Source: Thermoanaerobaculia bacterium
Lineage (GTDB): Bacteria > Acidobacteriota > Thermoanaerobaculia > Multivoradales > Multivoraceae
DNA length: 64,000 bases
NCBI GenBank assembly: GCA_963666565.1
Contig: OY762911.1
Coordinates: 864,001 to 928,000 of the forward strand
Reading direction: 5' to 3'
Positions within the stretch are counted from its first letter, which is position 1. Every line of letters starts with the position of its first letter. Below the pieces are notes generated by a model. The model was not told the DNA's origin. It saw nothing but the letters and a program-made list of their open reading frames with translations, and made no database searches. Shown here in pieces: positions 43,336 through 52,497 of the stretch. Position numbers and translations under genes: made by a program.

Positions 43336-44207
43336 GCAGCCGTCGCCCGGGCCTGGGCCGTGGACTGGATGTCCTGTTCGCGGATAGCGGCGCGCTTCCG
43401 CCGGCTGCCGGGCCGTCCGTCCGGGAGCTGCCGGTCGACCAGCTCGAGCCGAACGTCCGCCAGCCGCGCGACCGGTTCGACGATGCCGAGCTGAGGGCAC
43501 TTGCCGGGTCCATCGCAAAGCGGGGGGTAATCCAGCCCCTGGTCGTCACCGCGGACCCCGGCCGCGGCGGCGCCTACCGCATCGTCGCGGGCGAGCGCCG
43601 CTGGCGCGCGGCCCGCCAGGCCGGACTGAAGACGGTGCCCGTCGTCGTCCGCGAGGTGGGAAGCGACGTGGAACTCCTGGAACTCGCACTGGTCGAGAAC
43701 CTGCAGCGCTCCGACCTGAACGCGCTGGAAGAGGCCGAGGCGTTTCGCGCCCTGAGCGAGGAATTCGGGCTGTCGCAGCAGGAGATCGCGGATCGTCTGG
43801 GCCGCAGCAGGGCCGCGGTCGCGAACTCGCTGCGCCTGCTCCGCCTGCCTCAGGCCGTCCAGGACCGGATCCGGTCGGGAGCGCTGACCGCGGGTCAGGC
43901 GCGGCCGCTGCTTTCGCTGGGAGACGAGCGGCGCCAGATTGAACTGGCGGCTCGCGCCGAACGGGAGTCCCTCAGCGCACGGGCACTGGAGCGGATTGCG
44001 TCCACCGGGCGGCGCGGGAAGGCGTCCGAGAAGGCCCCCGCCCGGGAAAACGACCCCGACACGGCGGCCGCGGTCGAGCGGTTGACGCGTAAACTCCAGA
44101 CCCGAGTCGAAATCGCCCGCCGCGCGCGCGGCGGCGGCGTCCTGAAGATCCACTTCCACTCCGAACCGGAGCTGATTCGCCTGTACGAACGGCTGTCGGC
44201 GGAGTGA
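43332..44207 (+). CDS. parB: Chromosome partitioning protein ParB
   Basis: GLGRGLD, QPR, GVIQP, GERRWRAA, ENLQRSDL, HTH SRAAVANSLRLL. Confidence 0.96.
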   Translation: MSSRRPGLGRGLDVLFADSGALPPAAGPSVRELPVDQLEPNVRQPRDRFDDAELRALAGSIAKRGVIQPLVVTADPGRGGAYRIVAGERRWRAARQAGLKTVPVVVREVGSDVELLELALVENLQRSDLNALEEAEAFRALSEEFGLSQQEIADRLGRSRAAVANSLRLLRLPQAVQDRIRSGALTAGQARPLLSLGDERRQIELAARAERESLSARALERIASTGRRGKASEKAPARENDPDTAAAVERLTRKLQTRVEIARRARGGGVLKIHFHSEPELIRLYERLSAE

Positions 44208-44665
44208 CTCAACGTCGGAGCGTGCCAGCCATGTCGAAGAACTCAAGAACCGCCTCACACGGCGAACTGAACGGCTTCCTCGACGCCGGCTGCGAGGTCC
44301 AGGGGGACCTCCGGTTCGACAGCACCTTCCGGGTGCATGGCCGGTTCAAGGGCAACGTCCAATCGGACGGGCGGTTGATCGTCGGCGAAGGCGGCGTCGT
44401 CGAGGGAGTCGTCGCCGTGGGCGAGCTCAGTGTGTCGGGCCGTCTCGAGGGACGGGTCGACGCCGGCCGGCGGATCGAGATCGGCGCCAAGGGCCGGGTC
44501 GAGGGCGAGATCAACTCGCCGATCCTCGTCATCGAGAGCGGCGCCTTCTTCGAGGGCCAGTGCACGATGAACTCGAAGCCGGCCGCGCCCGTCGCTGCCG
44601 AGAAGCTCGCGGCCGTGGACCCGGCGTCCGGAGAAACGGGAACGGAACCGCCCGTCGCCCACTAG
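44204..44665 (+). CDS. Bactofilin (polymer-forming cytoskeletal protein)
   Basis: Beta-helix repeats FLDAGCEVQGDLRF...GRFKGNV...LIVGEGGVVEG...IESGAFFEG; alternative start ATG 44231. Confidence 0.9.
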   Translation: MTQRRSVPAMSKNSRTASHGELNGFLDAGCEVQGDLRFDSTFRVHGRFKGNVQSDGRLIVGEGGVVEGVVAVGELSVSGRLEGRVDAGRRIEIGAKGRVEGEINSPILVIESGAFFEGQCTMNSKPAAPVAAEKLAAVDPASGETGTEPPVAH

Positions 44666-44680
44666 GGCCGGCCTCGCTGT

Positions 44681-44721
44681 CGGGTGCGCGGGTCCGACCC
44701 GCCGCCGCCGGAGGCGGCCAG
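44681..44721 (+). repeat. REP-like family B copy
   Basis: CGGGTGCGCGGGTCCGACCCGCCGCCGCCGGAGGCGGCCAG between convergent genes. Confidence 0.75.
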
Positions 44722-44747
44722 AAGGTGTCTGCAGGTCCGCGCAGTCG

Positions 44748-46391
44748 CTACGGCTGGCCCGTTGCGCCAGTTTCATATGATGGCACGAAGGCGATCGGGC
44801 GGCGGGCCAGAGTGGCCGGCTCGAAGGCCTCCGTAACGACGCGTCCGTCGATGTCCCTGGCAACCGGCAGGTTGAGGGCGTACAGCAGCGTCGGCGCCAC
44901 GTCCTGAATCCCCAGTCCGGTCAGCAGGGAGTCCTCCCGGATGCCCTGGCCGCGAAGCAGGAGCAGGCCGTCGGGGGTCTGGAAGCCGCCGCCGGGGATG
45001 GCGGCCGCTTCTCGCCACTGGCCCAGCAGCCGCCGGACCGGTCCGGAGCGCCGAAATCCGTAGGCGCTGACCACGGCCAGCATGCGCGGCGGCGGCAGCC
45101 GTTCCCACGCCTCGGCGACCAGGCCGTCCAGGAAGGCGTAGTAGGCGGACAGCCACCGCGCCCGGTCGAGACGGACCTGGGCCTGGTCGCCATCGAACTG
45201 AACCGCTTCGTACGAGTCGTAGTAGAGCCGGGAGACGGCGGCCAGGCCGTCCATCAGCGCGAAGACCACCAGCCGCGCCCCCTCCTCGGAGCGGGAGTCG
45301 AGCGTCGCCAGCAACTGGCTCTGGGTCTCGAGATCGCGGAGCGCCGCCGTGTAGAGCGCCGAGGGCGGGCCGTCGCCGAGCCGGGCCAGGCGTTCGTCCT
45401 CCATCGCCGAGCCGAGAGCGGCGGCGCGCGCTCCCGAGGCGTCCGTGAGGCCGACGCCGAAGTCGAGAGCGACCGAGTCGACGCCGAAACCGAGGGCGAT
45501 CCGCCAGAGCGGGGGCGCGGACTTCTGGATCGCCGGCCCGCCCTCGGCGACGCCGCGGTCGCCCCAGATGCCGAAGCCGATCGCGCCTGGCGTCAGGTGG
45601 AAGCGCTCGCCGGGCAGGGACGGGGCGCCGCGCGTCCGCTCGGCCACCACGCCGTGCCGGAAGGGGTACTTTCCGGTAACCACGGTGGTCCACAGGGACA
45701 GCCGGACCGCCGGTTCGATCGACTCCGCCCGACCGTAGCCGCCCGCGCGCATGGTCTCCGAGAAGAAGGGCAGGAGGCCCTGCTCCGAGAGCGGCAGGAT
45801 GGCGTCGAGCGACGCGCCGTCGAGGCCGACGACCAGCAGGTTGGGCGGCGGCCCGGACTCGATGGCGGCGGCGCGCGGCGTGGTGGGCGCCGGCGGGTCG
45901 AAGGCTTCGCGCCGCTCGAAGACGGAGTAGACGGTCAGCACCGCCAGGCCGGCGATGCCGAAGCGGGAGCGGGCGCCGTAGGGGCGCTTTCGCCGGTACG
46001 CATGAGCGAAGGCGGTGTAGGCCGTGATCAGCGAAGCCAGGGCCAGCCAGAGGCCGGCCTTGATCAGGCGGTCGTGGATGCCCGGCGGCAGAAAGTGCTC
46101 GTAGCGGGCCGCGTGGGCGAGATCGAGGACCGACGCGGCGCCGAACACCGCGGCCAGCGACCACGGCAGGAGCCGCAGCGAACGCTCGGGCCGGCGCCAG
46201 GACACGGCGAGGAGAACGACGCAGGTGGCGGCGGCGCCCAGCGCGCCGTAGTAGGCGCCGGTGCGGATGACCGGCCCCGGATGGAACGGCAGGTGGGGGT
46301 TGAGAAAGAACAGCAGCCCGGTCAGGTGGATCCCGGCGAGGAGGCCGGGCGCCGCGCAGGCGGCGCCGGCGAGCAGGCGTTCCCGATTCAC
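44748..46391 (-). CDS. Membrane-anchored alkaline phosphatase / nucleotide pyrophosphatase superfamily protein
   Basis: About five N-terminal TM helices, LLVVGLDGA, WTTVVTGK..HGV, QDVAPTLLY..LP...DG. Confidence 0.75.
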   Translation of the reverse strand: MNRERLLAGAACAAPGLLAGIHLTGLLFFLNPHLPFHPGPVIRTGAYYGALGAAATCVVLLAVSWRRPERSLRLLPWSLAAVFGAASVLDLAHAARYEHFLPPGIHDRLIKAGLWLALASLITAYTAFAHAYRRKRPYGARSRFGIAGLAVLTVYSVFERREAFDPPAPTTPRAAAIESGPPPNLLVVGLDGASLDAILPLSEQGLLPFFSETMRAGGYGRAESIEPAVRLSLWTTVVTGKYPFRHGVVAERTRGAPSLPGERFHLTPGAIGFGIWGDRGVAEGGPAIQKSAPPLWRIALGFGVDSVALDFGVGLTDASGARAAALGSAMEDERLARLGDGPPSALYTAALRDLETQSQLLATLDSRSEEGARLVVFALMDGLAAVSRLYYDSYEAVQFDGDQAQVRLDRARWLSAYYAFLDGLVAEAWERLPPPRMLAVVSAYGFRRSGPVRRLLGQWREAAAIPGGGFQTPDGLLLLRGQGIREDSLLTGLGIQDVAPTLLYALNLPVARDIDGRVVTEAFEPATLARRPIAFVPSYETGATGQP

Positions 46392-46454
46392 TGGCAGGGA
46401 CTCTAGCGCCCCGAAACCCCTCGCGGACTCGGTGTTTCGGCCCATCCCGTCCGC

Positions 46455-46506
46455 ACGGCGGCGCCTGCGCCGCAGACTTGCTGCGCTGCGTTCTGCGGCG
46501 CAAGCT
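46455..46506 (-). repeat. Hairpin repeat, family C
   Basis: Reverse complement AGCTTGCGCCGCAGAACGCAGCGCAGCAAGTCTGCGGCGCAGGCGCCGCCGT resembles 11238-11289 and 32674-32700. Confidence 0.75.
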
Positions 46507-46626
46507 CCTGGCCGCGAGCTTCGCTTCGTGCCCCGCCGCGGCCGGGATCGGGTCGTCGCGCACTTCGCGGAGACAGGCGGGCCCGCCCGCGCCAGCCTGG
46601 CCGGGCGGTGCTACCCTCGCCGCGCC

Positions 46627-47442
46627 ATGGCGGCGGTGGACTCGAGAGGAGAGGTGCTCGATGTCCAGGCGTTGCCGCTGCCGTACTTCCTGCTCCGGGT
46701 CCGGGTGGCGGGCATGGCGGCCGCGGCGCCGGGCCAGTTCGTGATGGTGGCGGGCGCCGACCGGCCCGAGCCGTACCTCCGGCGGGCGTTCTCGGTGTAC
46801 GACCAGGAAGCGGCCGCCGACGGTTCCCTGGTCATCTCCCTGCTCGGGAAGGTGATCGGCCGCGGCACGGCCGCGCTCGCCGCCTGCGTCCCCGGCGAGC
46901 GGATCCCGGTCCTCGGCCCCCTGGGGACCGGGTTTCACAGTGTGGAGAGAGGTGGCCCCGGCATCGGGCGGGCGGCGCTGGTCGCGGGCGGCATCGGCTC
47001 GGCCGGCCTGGGTCTGCTCGCCCAGGCCCTGGAACGGGCCGGCCGGCCCTTCGACTTCTTCTATGGCGGCCGCAGCGCGGAGGACCTGGTCGAGGCGGAG
47101 ACTTTCCGGCGTCTCAGCGAGAGCGCGGCCGGCCGGCTGATCGCGACGACGGAAGACGGCAGCGCCGGCGAGCGCGGCCTGATCACCGCCCCGCTGGAGG
47201 CGGCGCTAGGCAACCGGGACGCCGGCTACACGACGGTCTGCACCTGCGGCCCGCACGGCCTGATGGCGGCGGTCGCGCGGATCGCGGCCGCCGGCGGAGT
47301 CGGCGGCGAGGCGGCGACCGAGACGCCGATGGGGTGCGGCTACGGCGCCTGCCTCGGCTGCGCGGTGACGCTGAGCGACGGCGGCTACGCGCTCTGCTGC
47401 CGCCAGGGGCCGGTCTTCGGCCTGGACGAGGTCGCGTGGTGA
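46627..47442 (+). CDS. pyrK: Dihydroorotate dehydrogenase electron transfer subunit
   Basis: PGQFVM, LRRAFSV, GPLGTGF, AGGIG, TEDGS, CGP, MGCGYGACLGC...C..GPVF. Confidence 0.92.
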   Translation: MAAVDSRGEVLDVQALPLPYFLLRVRVAGMAAAAPGQFVMVAGADRPEPYLRRAFSVYDQEAAADGSLVISLLGKVIGRGTAALAACVPGERIPVLGPLGTGFHSVERGGPGIGRAALVAGGIGSAGLGLLAQALERAGRPFDFFYGGRSAEDLVEAETFRRLSESAAGRLIATTEDGSAGERGLITAPLEAALGNRDAGYTTVCTCGPHGLMAAVARIAAAGGVGGEAATETPMGCGYGACLGCAVTLSDGGYALCCRQGPVFGLDEVAW

Positions 47443-48404
47443 GCGGCGTCGCCGCCGCCGACGTGCCCGGCGCGGCCGTCGCCGCCGCGCCGGACCTCTC
47501 GACCCGGGTCGGACCTCTGCGCCTCCGGAACCCGATCCTCACCGCGAGCGGCACGTTCGGCTACGGCCTGGAGTTCGCCGAGCGGGCCGATCTGCGCCGC
47601 CTGGGCGGCCTGGTCACGAAGGGTCTGTCGCTCGAGCCGCTGGCGGGCAACCCGCCGGTGCGGATCGCCGAGACCCGCGGCGGCATGCTGAACTCGATCG
47701 GGCTGCAGAACATCGGCGTCGACCGCTTCCTGGGCGACGTGCTGCCGGGACTGAAGGACCTGCCGCCGAAGGTGATCGTCAACCTCTTCGGCTACGCCCG
47801 CGACGACTACGTCCGTCTGGCGGAGCGCGTCGACCCTCACGAGGGCGTCGCCGCGGTCGAGCTGAACGTCTCCTGCCCGAACGTCAGCAAGGGCGGTATC
47901 GAGTTCGGCCACGACCCGGAGATCCTCTCCGGTCTGGTGAGGCGCGTGCGCTCGGCGACGGGCAAGCCGATCGTCGTCAAGCTCTCGCCCAACGTGACCT
48001 CGCCGCAGGCGCTCGGCGAGGCCGCGAAGGCGGGCGGCGCCGACGTTCTGTCGGCCGTCAACACCTTCGTCGGCATGGCGATCGACACGGCGACCAGGCG
48101 GCCCGTCCTGTCCACCGTTCGCGGCGGCCTGTCGGGGCCTGCGATCAAGCCGCTGGCGCTGCGCATCGTCTTCGACGTGGCGCGCGCGGTCGACCTGCCG
48201 GTCATCGGGATCGGCGGCATCGAGACGGTCGACGACGTGCTGGAGTTCCTGCTGGCGGGCGCTTCGGCGGTGCAGGTCGGCACGGCGCTGTTCCGCGACC
48301 CGCGCACGGCGGAACGGCTGGTCGACGGCCTGCGCGAGCGGATGGAGGCCGAGAGCATCCCCTCGATCGGTTCCCTGATCGGCGCGGCGGCGAGGCCGGA
48401 ATGA
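47439..48404 (+). CDS. pyrD: Dihydroorotate dehydrogenase, family 1B catalytic subunit
   Basis: ASGTFGYG, GMLNSIGLQN, ELNVSCPN, VKLSPNV, GGLSGPAIKP, AVQVGTA. Confidence 0.95.
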   Translation: MSGVAAADVPGAAVAAAPDLSTRVGPLRLRNPILTASGTFGYGLEFAERADLRRLGGLVTKGLSLEPLAGNPPVRIAETRGGMLNSIGLQNIGVDRFLGDVLPGLKDLPPKVIVNLFGYARDDYVRLAERVDPHEGVAAVELNVSCPNVSKGGIEFGHDPEILSGLVRRVRSATGKPIVVKLSPNVTSPQALGEAAKAGGADVLSAVNTFVGMAIDTATRRPVLSTVRGGLSGPAIKPLALRIVFDVARAVDLPVIGIGGIETVDDVLEFLLAGASAVQVGTALFRDPRTAERLVDGLRERMEAESIPSIGSLIGAAARPE

Positions 48405-48450
48405 CCGGAACCGGGCTCGAATCCCCGATCGGCGCGGCAAGGAGGCGGGA

Positions 48451-49173
48451 ATGAACGGAACGAGACTGGAGCGGATCGCGGTCGCTCTCGACACGGACGA
48501 TCGGGACACGTACAGCCGCTGGTGCCGGCTGTTCGGGCCGCGCGTCGGCGTACTGAAGGTGGGGCCGCGCGTCGTCCTGCGCTGGGGGCGCGACGCCGTG
48601 CGAGAGGCGGCCGCGACCGGCGCCGAGGTCTTCCTCGACATGAAGTTCCACGACATCCCCAGCACCGTGGCCGGCGCGGTGGGCGCCGCGAAGGAACTCG
48701 GCGTGAACTACCTGACGGTGCATGCCGGCGGCGGCAGGCGGATGCTGGAGGCGGCGGCGGAAGAGGCCGGCGACGAGGTCAAGGTCCTGGGGATCACGGT
48801 GCTGACTCACCTCGGCGCCGAGGATCTCCGCGACCTCGACCTTCCCGGCGCCGCGGGAAACCGCGTGCTGTCCTGGGCCGGGTCGGCCCAGGCCGCGGGT
48901 TGCGCCGGCGTCGTGTGCTCGCCGCTCGAGCTGGCGGCTCTGCGCGCGGAGCTCGGACCCCGGCTGCTCCTGGTGAGCCCCGGCATCCGCTTCGAGACCG
49001 GCGGCGGCTCGCCGAAGGGAGGCGCGGCCGCCGGCGCCGACGATCAGCGCCGGATCGCCTCGCCGTCGGCGGCGCTGCGCGCGGGCGCGGACCTGCTGGT
49101 GATCGGCCGCCCGCTGACGCAGGCGCCCGACCCGGAAGCCGCTCTCGCGGCCCTGGCCGAAGCCTGCGAGTAG
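48451..49173 (+). CDS. pyrF: Orotidine-5'-phosphate decarboxylase
   Basis: IAVALD, LKVG, FLDMKFHDIPSTV, LTVHA, SPGIR, DDQRR, VIGRP. Confidence 0.95.
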   Translation: MNGTRLERIAVALDTDDRDTYSRWCRLFGPRVGVLKVGPRVVLRWGRDAVREAAATGAEVFLDMKFHDIPSTVAGAVGAAKELGVNYLTVHAGGGRRMLEAAAEEAGDEVKVLGITVLTHLGAEDLRDLDLPGAAGNRVLSWAGSAQAAGCAGVVCSPLELAALRAELGPRLLLVSPGIRFETGGGSPKGGAAAGADDQRRIASPSAALRAGADLLVIGRPLTQAPDPEAALAALAEACE

Positions 49174-49263
49174 CGCCGCCGAAACCGGTGCGCCGGCTTC
49201 CGGGCGTGCCGCCCCGCTGACTGGTGCTGGGCGACCGGCGGCGCGCCGGTGCGGGTGCCGCGA

Positions 49264-49896
49264 TCAGCGGGGAACGTGCAGCGTGCGCCGCCAGCGGACG
49301 CCCCAGCCGCCTTCGCCGGTTCGCGACCAGTAGACGAGCAGCGGGCGGCCGCGCACCAGGTCCGTTCCCACCGGACCGAAGAACCGCGAGTCGCGCGAGA
49401 TGTCCCGGTTGTCTCCCAGGCAGAAGAGACCCCCCTCGGGCACTCGCTCCGGGCCGAAGGAATCCCGGCGCCACACCGTCTCGTGCAGGAAGTCGGACCG
49501 CGGGTAGACCAGTTCGTCCGAGTGGACGACGTACGCCGACTCGTCGACCGGCGCCCCGTCAACCCGGAGCCTCTTGGCGTCGATCTCCACTTCGTCGCCG
49601 GCCGTCGCCACGCAGCGCTTCAGCATCTCCTGGGTCGGTTCCTCGATGCCCCGGAACGTGACCAGGTCGCCCCGCCGGACCTCGCGCTGAGGGACCAGGG
49701 GACCCCAGCGGCCCGCGCCGGCGCCGAAGATGAACTTGTTGATCAGCAGGTGGTCGCCGACCAGGAGCGCCGGCGCCATCGACGCGGACGGGATGCGGTA
49801 GGCCTGCACCAGGAACGCCCTGGTGAAGAGCGCGAACACGGCGGCCACGAGAAGCGCCCCCGCGGCGTCGCTCAGCGCCTTGCGGCCCCAGGACAC
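49264..49896 (-). CDS. lepB: Signal peptidase I (second paralog)
   Basis: IPSASM..L.VGD, MLKRCVA, GDNRDISRDSR. Confidence 0.88.
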   Translation of the reverse strand: MSWGRKALSDAAGALLVAAVFALFTRAFLVQAYRIPSASMAPALLVGDHLLINKFIFGAGAGRWGPLVPQREVRRGDLVTFRGIEEPTQEMLKRCVATAGDEVEIDAKRLRVDGAPVDESAYVVHSDELVYPRSDFLHETVWRRDSFGPERVPEGGLFCLGDNRDISRDSRFFGPVGTDLVRGRPLLVYWSRTGEGGWGVRWRRTLHVPR

Positions 49897-49916
49897 GTTC
49901 GGCGGTCCCCGGCGTC

Positions 49917-50654
49917 CTACTGGATGAGCTTGAACGTCCGCTTCCAGCGGGTCTTGGTGACGAATCCGAGGGCCGTGTTGGCGACCTGCCGCAGACGGTG
50001 GCCGAACCCGTGCCAGGTGCCGTCGGACGTCTCGCCGCCGTACGACCAGTAGACCATCACCGCGCGCCCCTTGATGAGCTTCATCGGCACCGGCCCCCAC
50101 GCCCTCGAATCGAACGACTCGTCGCGGTTGTCGCCCATGCAGAAGACGTGGTCGGGGGGAACGATCATGGGACCCCAATTGTCGCGGCGCGTGCTGTACG
50201 GGCCGTAGGGACCGGCCGCGGGATACACCCTGGCGTCGCGGTGGATCGCGTAGGCGTCGTCGTCGACCGGCTGGCCGTTCAGGAAGAGCTGCTTGTTGAC
50301 CATCTTCAGCTCGTCGCCCGCCAGGCCGATGCAGCGCTTGACCAGGTCCAGCTTCGGCGTTTCGGGCGACCGGAAGATGACGATGTCGCCGCGTTCGACT
50401 TCCCGGCCGGGAAGGAGCTTCCGCTCGAGCTCCGAGGGGCGGGGTCCGTAGATGTAGCGGTTGACGAACAGGTGATCGCCGATGAGCAGCGTGTTCTCCA
50501 TCGAACCGCTGGGGATGTAGAAGGTCTTCAGCACGAAGTTGTTCGTGAAGCCCAGGAACACCGCGGCCACGATCAGCGCCTCCGCGTACTCGCGGATCAC
50601 CGAGCCGCGGCGCCCCGCGGGGCGCTCCGGCGCCTTCCTGCCGTCGCTCGCCAT
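49917..50654 (-). CDS. lepB: Signal peptidase I
   Basis: IPSGSMENTLLIGD, LVKRCIG, MGDNRDESFDSR. Confidence 0.93.
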   Translation of the reverse strand: MASDGRKAPERPAGRRGSVIREYAEALIVAAVFLGFTNNFVLKTFYIPSGSMENTLLIGDHLFVNRYIYGPRPSELERKLLPGREVERGDIVIFRSPETPKLDLVKRCIGLAGDELKMVNKQLFLNGQPVDDDAYAIHRDARVYPAAGPYGPYSTRRDNWGPMIVPPDHVFCMGDNRDESFDSRAWGPVPMKLIKGRAVMVYWSYGGETSDGTWHGFGHRLRQVANTALGFVTKTRWKRTFKLIQ

Positions 50655-50973
50655 CGGCCGGCTAATCTACAACGAGCGGCCGGTCGACGGGAGCGAACGG
50701 CGCCTCGCGTCGCGTCAGAGAACTTCGACGCCCGTCAAGCTGCCTTGATTCCCTCGCCCGCGCGCCGCAGATCGCGCGGAGTCAGCGAGATGCGTGCCGC
50801 CGGAGAAGGGAGCGGGTCAAGCTGCCTTGACCGGACGGCCCCGTCGCCGATGCGGGGCGTCTTCGCAACTCTCCTGTTCTCTGCAACTTGCGACGATGCG
50901 CAGAGTTGGCCGGAGACTTGAAAGAGGGAGCGGTTCCTCAGAATCCGGAGCAAGGAGGTGCCCAAGACACGAC

Positions 50974-50988
50974 TGGCACTCACATTGT
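50974..50988 (+). promoter_or_regulatory. Putative sigma54 (-24/-12) promoter for comEA-fimT
   Basis: TGGCAC-TCACA-TTGT versus consensus TGGCAC-N5-TTGC (one mismatch). Confidence 0.45.
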
Positions 50989-51110
50989 CGCAAGGGAGCA
51001 AGGGGGACGCCTCGGCGTCCCCCCTGACTTCCCTGCCGACTCGAACCTCGATCCGGGTCCTGCGGTCGCAGAAACCAACAACACCCGAATGGGGACGAAC
51101 GGAGATGGAC

Positions 51111-51479
51111 ATGACAAGACGAAAGAGGACCGCCCTTCTGGCGGTGACCGTGCTCAGCCTGCTGGCGGCGCTGCCGGCGGGAGCGTCGGACGGGGTGGTC
51201 AACATCAACACGGCCGAGGCTTCGGCTCTCGCCCTGCTGCCCGGCGTCGGACCGTCGACGGCGGGACGGATCGTGGAGTTCCGTACCGAGAACGGCAAGT
51301 TCGAGTCGGCGACCGATCTGATGCTCGTGCGCGGCATCGGCGAGCGCTCGTTCGAGCGAATGGCGCCCTACGTGACGATCGAGGGCGAGACGACGCTGAC
51401 CGAGAAGGTGCGGATCCCGCGGGCGCAGCCCGCCCCGGACGGCGAATCGGGGCCGGATGAACCCTCCGACGGCCCCTGA
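51111..51479 (+). CDS. comEA: ComEA family periplasmic DNA-binding (HhH) protein
   Basis: Signal peptide, VNINTA...LPGVGP..A.RIVEFR..NGKF...DL..VRGIG. Confidence 0.9.
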   Translation: MTRRKRTALLAVTVLSLLAALPAGASDGVVNINTAEASALALLPGVGPSTAGRIVEFRTENGKFESATDLMLVRGIGERSFERMAPYVTIEGETTLTEKVRIPRAQPAPDGESGPDEPSDGP

Positions 51480-52167
51480 CCGGAACCGGGCCCACGGATT
51501 CGGCGCCATGGGGGCGGGCGTGCCGGCGCCCGCCTCCATGTTTCCCGGGGCGGCGCGGCCAGGCGGCGGCTGGCGCGGTTTCACGCTCGTCGAGCTCCTG
51601 ATCGCCACCGCGATTCTCGCCCTGCTCGCGACGCTGGCGACGCCGCCGCTGCGCCAGCAGATCTCCCAGCACCGGGTGCGACTCGCCGCGGCCGAGGTCG
51701 CGGCGGCCTTCTGGACGGCACGCGCCGGCGCGGCCCGGCACGGCGTCGCCCTCGCGGTTCGGTTCGAGGTCGACGAGGCCGCGCCGGACGCGGGGACGTC
51801 CGTCTTCTCGCTCTACGCCGACGGCGACGGCGACGGCGTGCGCACCGCCGACCTGCGCAACGGCACGGATCCCCGGATCGGGCGGCCGGCCCGCCTGCTC
51901 CACGTCGGCGGCGGACTGCGCTTCGGCTTCCCGGAAGGCCTCGAACCCCGCAGCTTCACGGGCTCGGGCCGGATGGACCGGCTGGACGACCCGGTCCGGT
52001 TCGGCCGCAGCGACCTGGCCTCGTTCGGCCCGCTCGGCACGGCCAGCCCGGGCAGCGTCTTCCTCACGGACGGCTACCACCTGTTCGCGGTCCGGGTCTA
52101 CAACCGCACGGGGAAGATCCGGATCCTCCGCTACGTCCGGGAGCGGGAGGAGTGGAAGGGAATCTGA
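51457..52167 (+). CDS. GspH/FimT-type minor (pseudo)pilin
   Basis: Class III signal G/FTLVELL followed by a hydrophobic helix, ARAGAAR, C-terminal GKIRI; start uncertain. Confidence 0.82.
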   Translation: MNPPTAPDRNRAHGFGAMGAGVPAPASMFPGAARPGGGWRGFTLVELLIATAILALLATLATPPLRQQISQHRVRLAAAEVAAAFWTARAGAARHGVALAVRFEVDEAAPDAGTSVFSLYADGDGDGVRTADLRNGTDPRIGRPARLLHVGGGLRFGFPEGLEPRSFTGSGRMDRLDDPVRFGRSDLASFGPLGTASPGSVFLTDGYHLFAVRVYNRTGKIRILRYVREREEWKGI

Positions 52168-52194
52168 AAACGACGAACTCAGGGAGTTCGAGCG

Positions 52195-52497
52195 ATGAGT
52201 GCACAGCCCCAGTTCGATACGCTTGCCGCTGCCCGGGCCCTCCAGGGTGCAGGTATGGACTCGACGCAGGCGGAGACGGTGGCGGAGAAGATCAACGAGG
52301 CGGTTGCTGCGGCGGACATGCCGCACCGGTCCGAGATATCGGCGCTTCGTGCAGAGCTGCGCGCCGAGATGACCTCGCTCCGCTCGGAGTTGCGCGCCGA
52401 CATGGCCGCGCTGGAAACCCGCCTCACTTGGCGCATGTTCCTGGTTGTCGGCAGCCTGCTCGCGCTGGCGACGACGATCGAACGATTGCTCGGCTGA
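52195..52497 (+). CDS. Small coiled-coil protein with C-terminal TM helix (DUF1640/CCDC90-like)
   Basis: FDTLAAARALQGAGM..TQAE, heptad repeats LRAELRAEM/LRSELRADM, hydrophobic tail. Confidence 0.72.
   Translation: MSAQPQFDTLAAARALQGAGMDSTQAETVAEKINEAVAAADMPHRSEISALRAELRAEMTSLRSELRADMAALETRLTWRMFLVVGSLLALATTIERLLG

Noticed and set aside
44769-44785. Third parS-like site (GTTTCATATGATGGC)
   Set aside because: Right half does not match the palindrome; it lies inside a coding 3' end.
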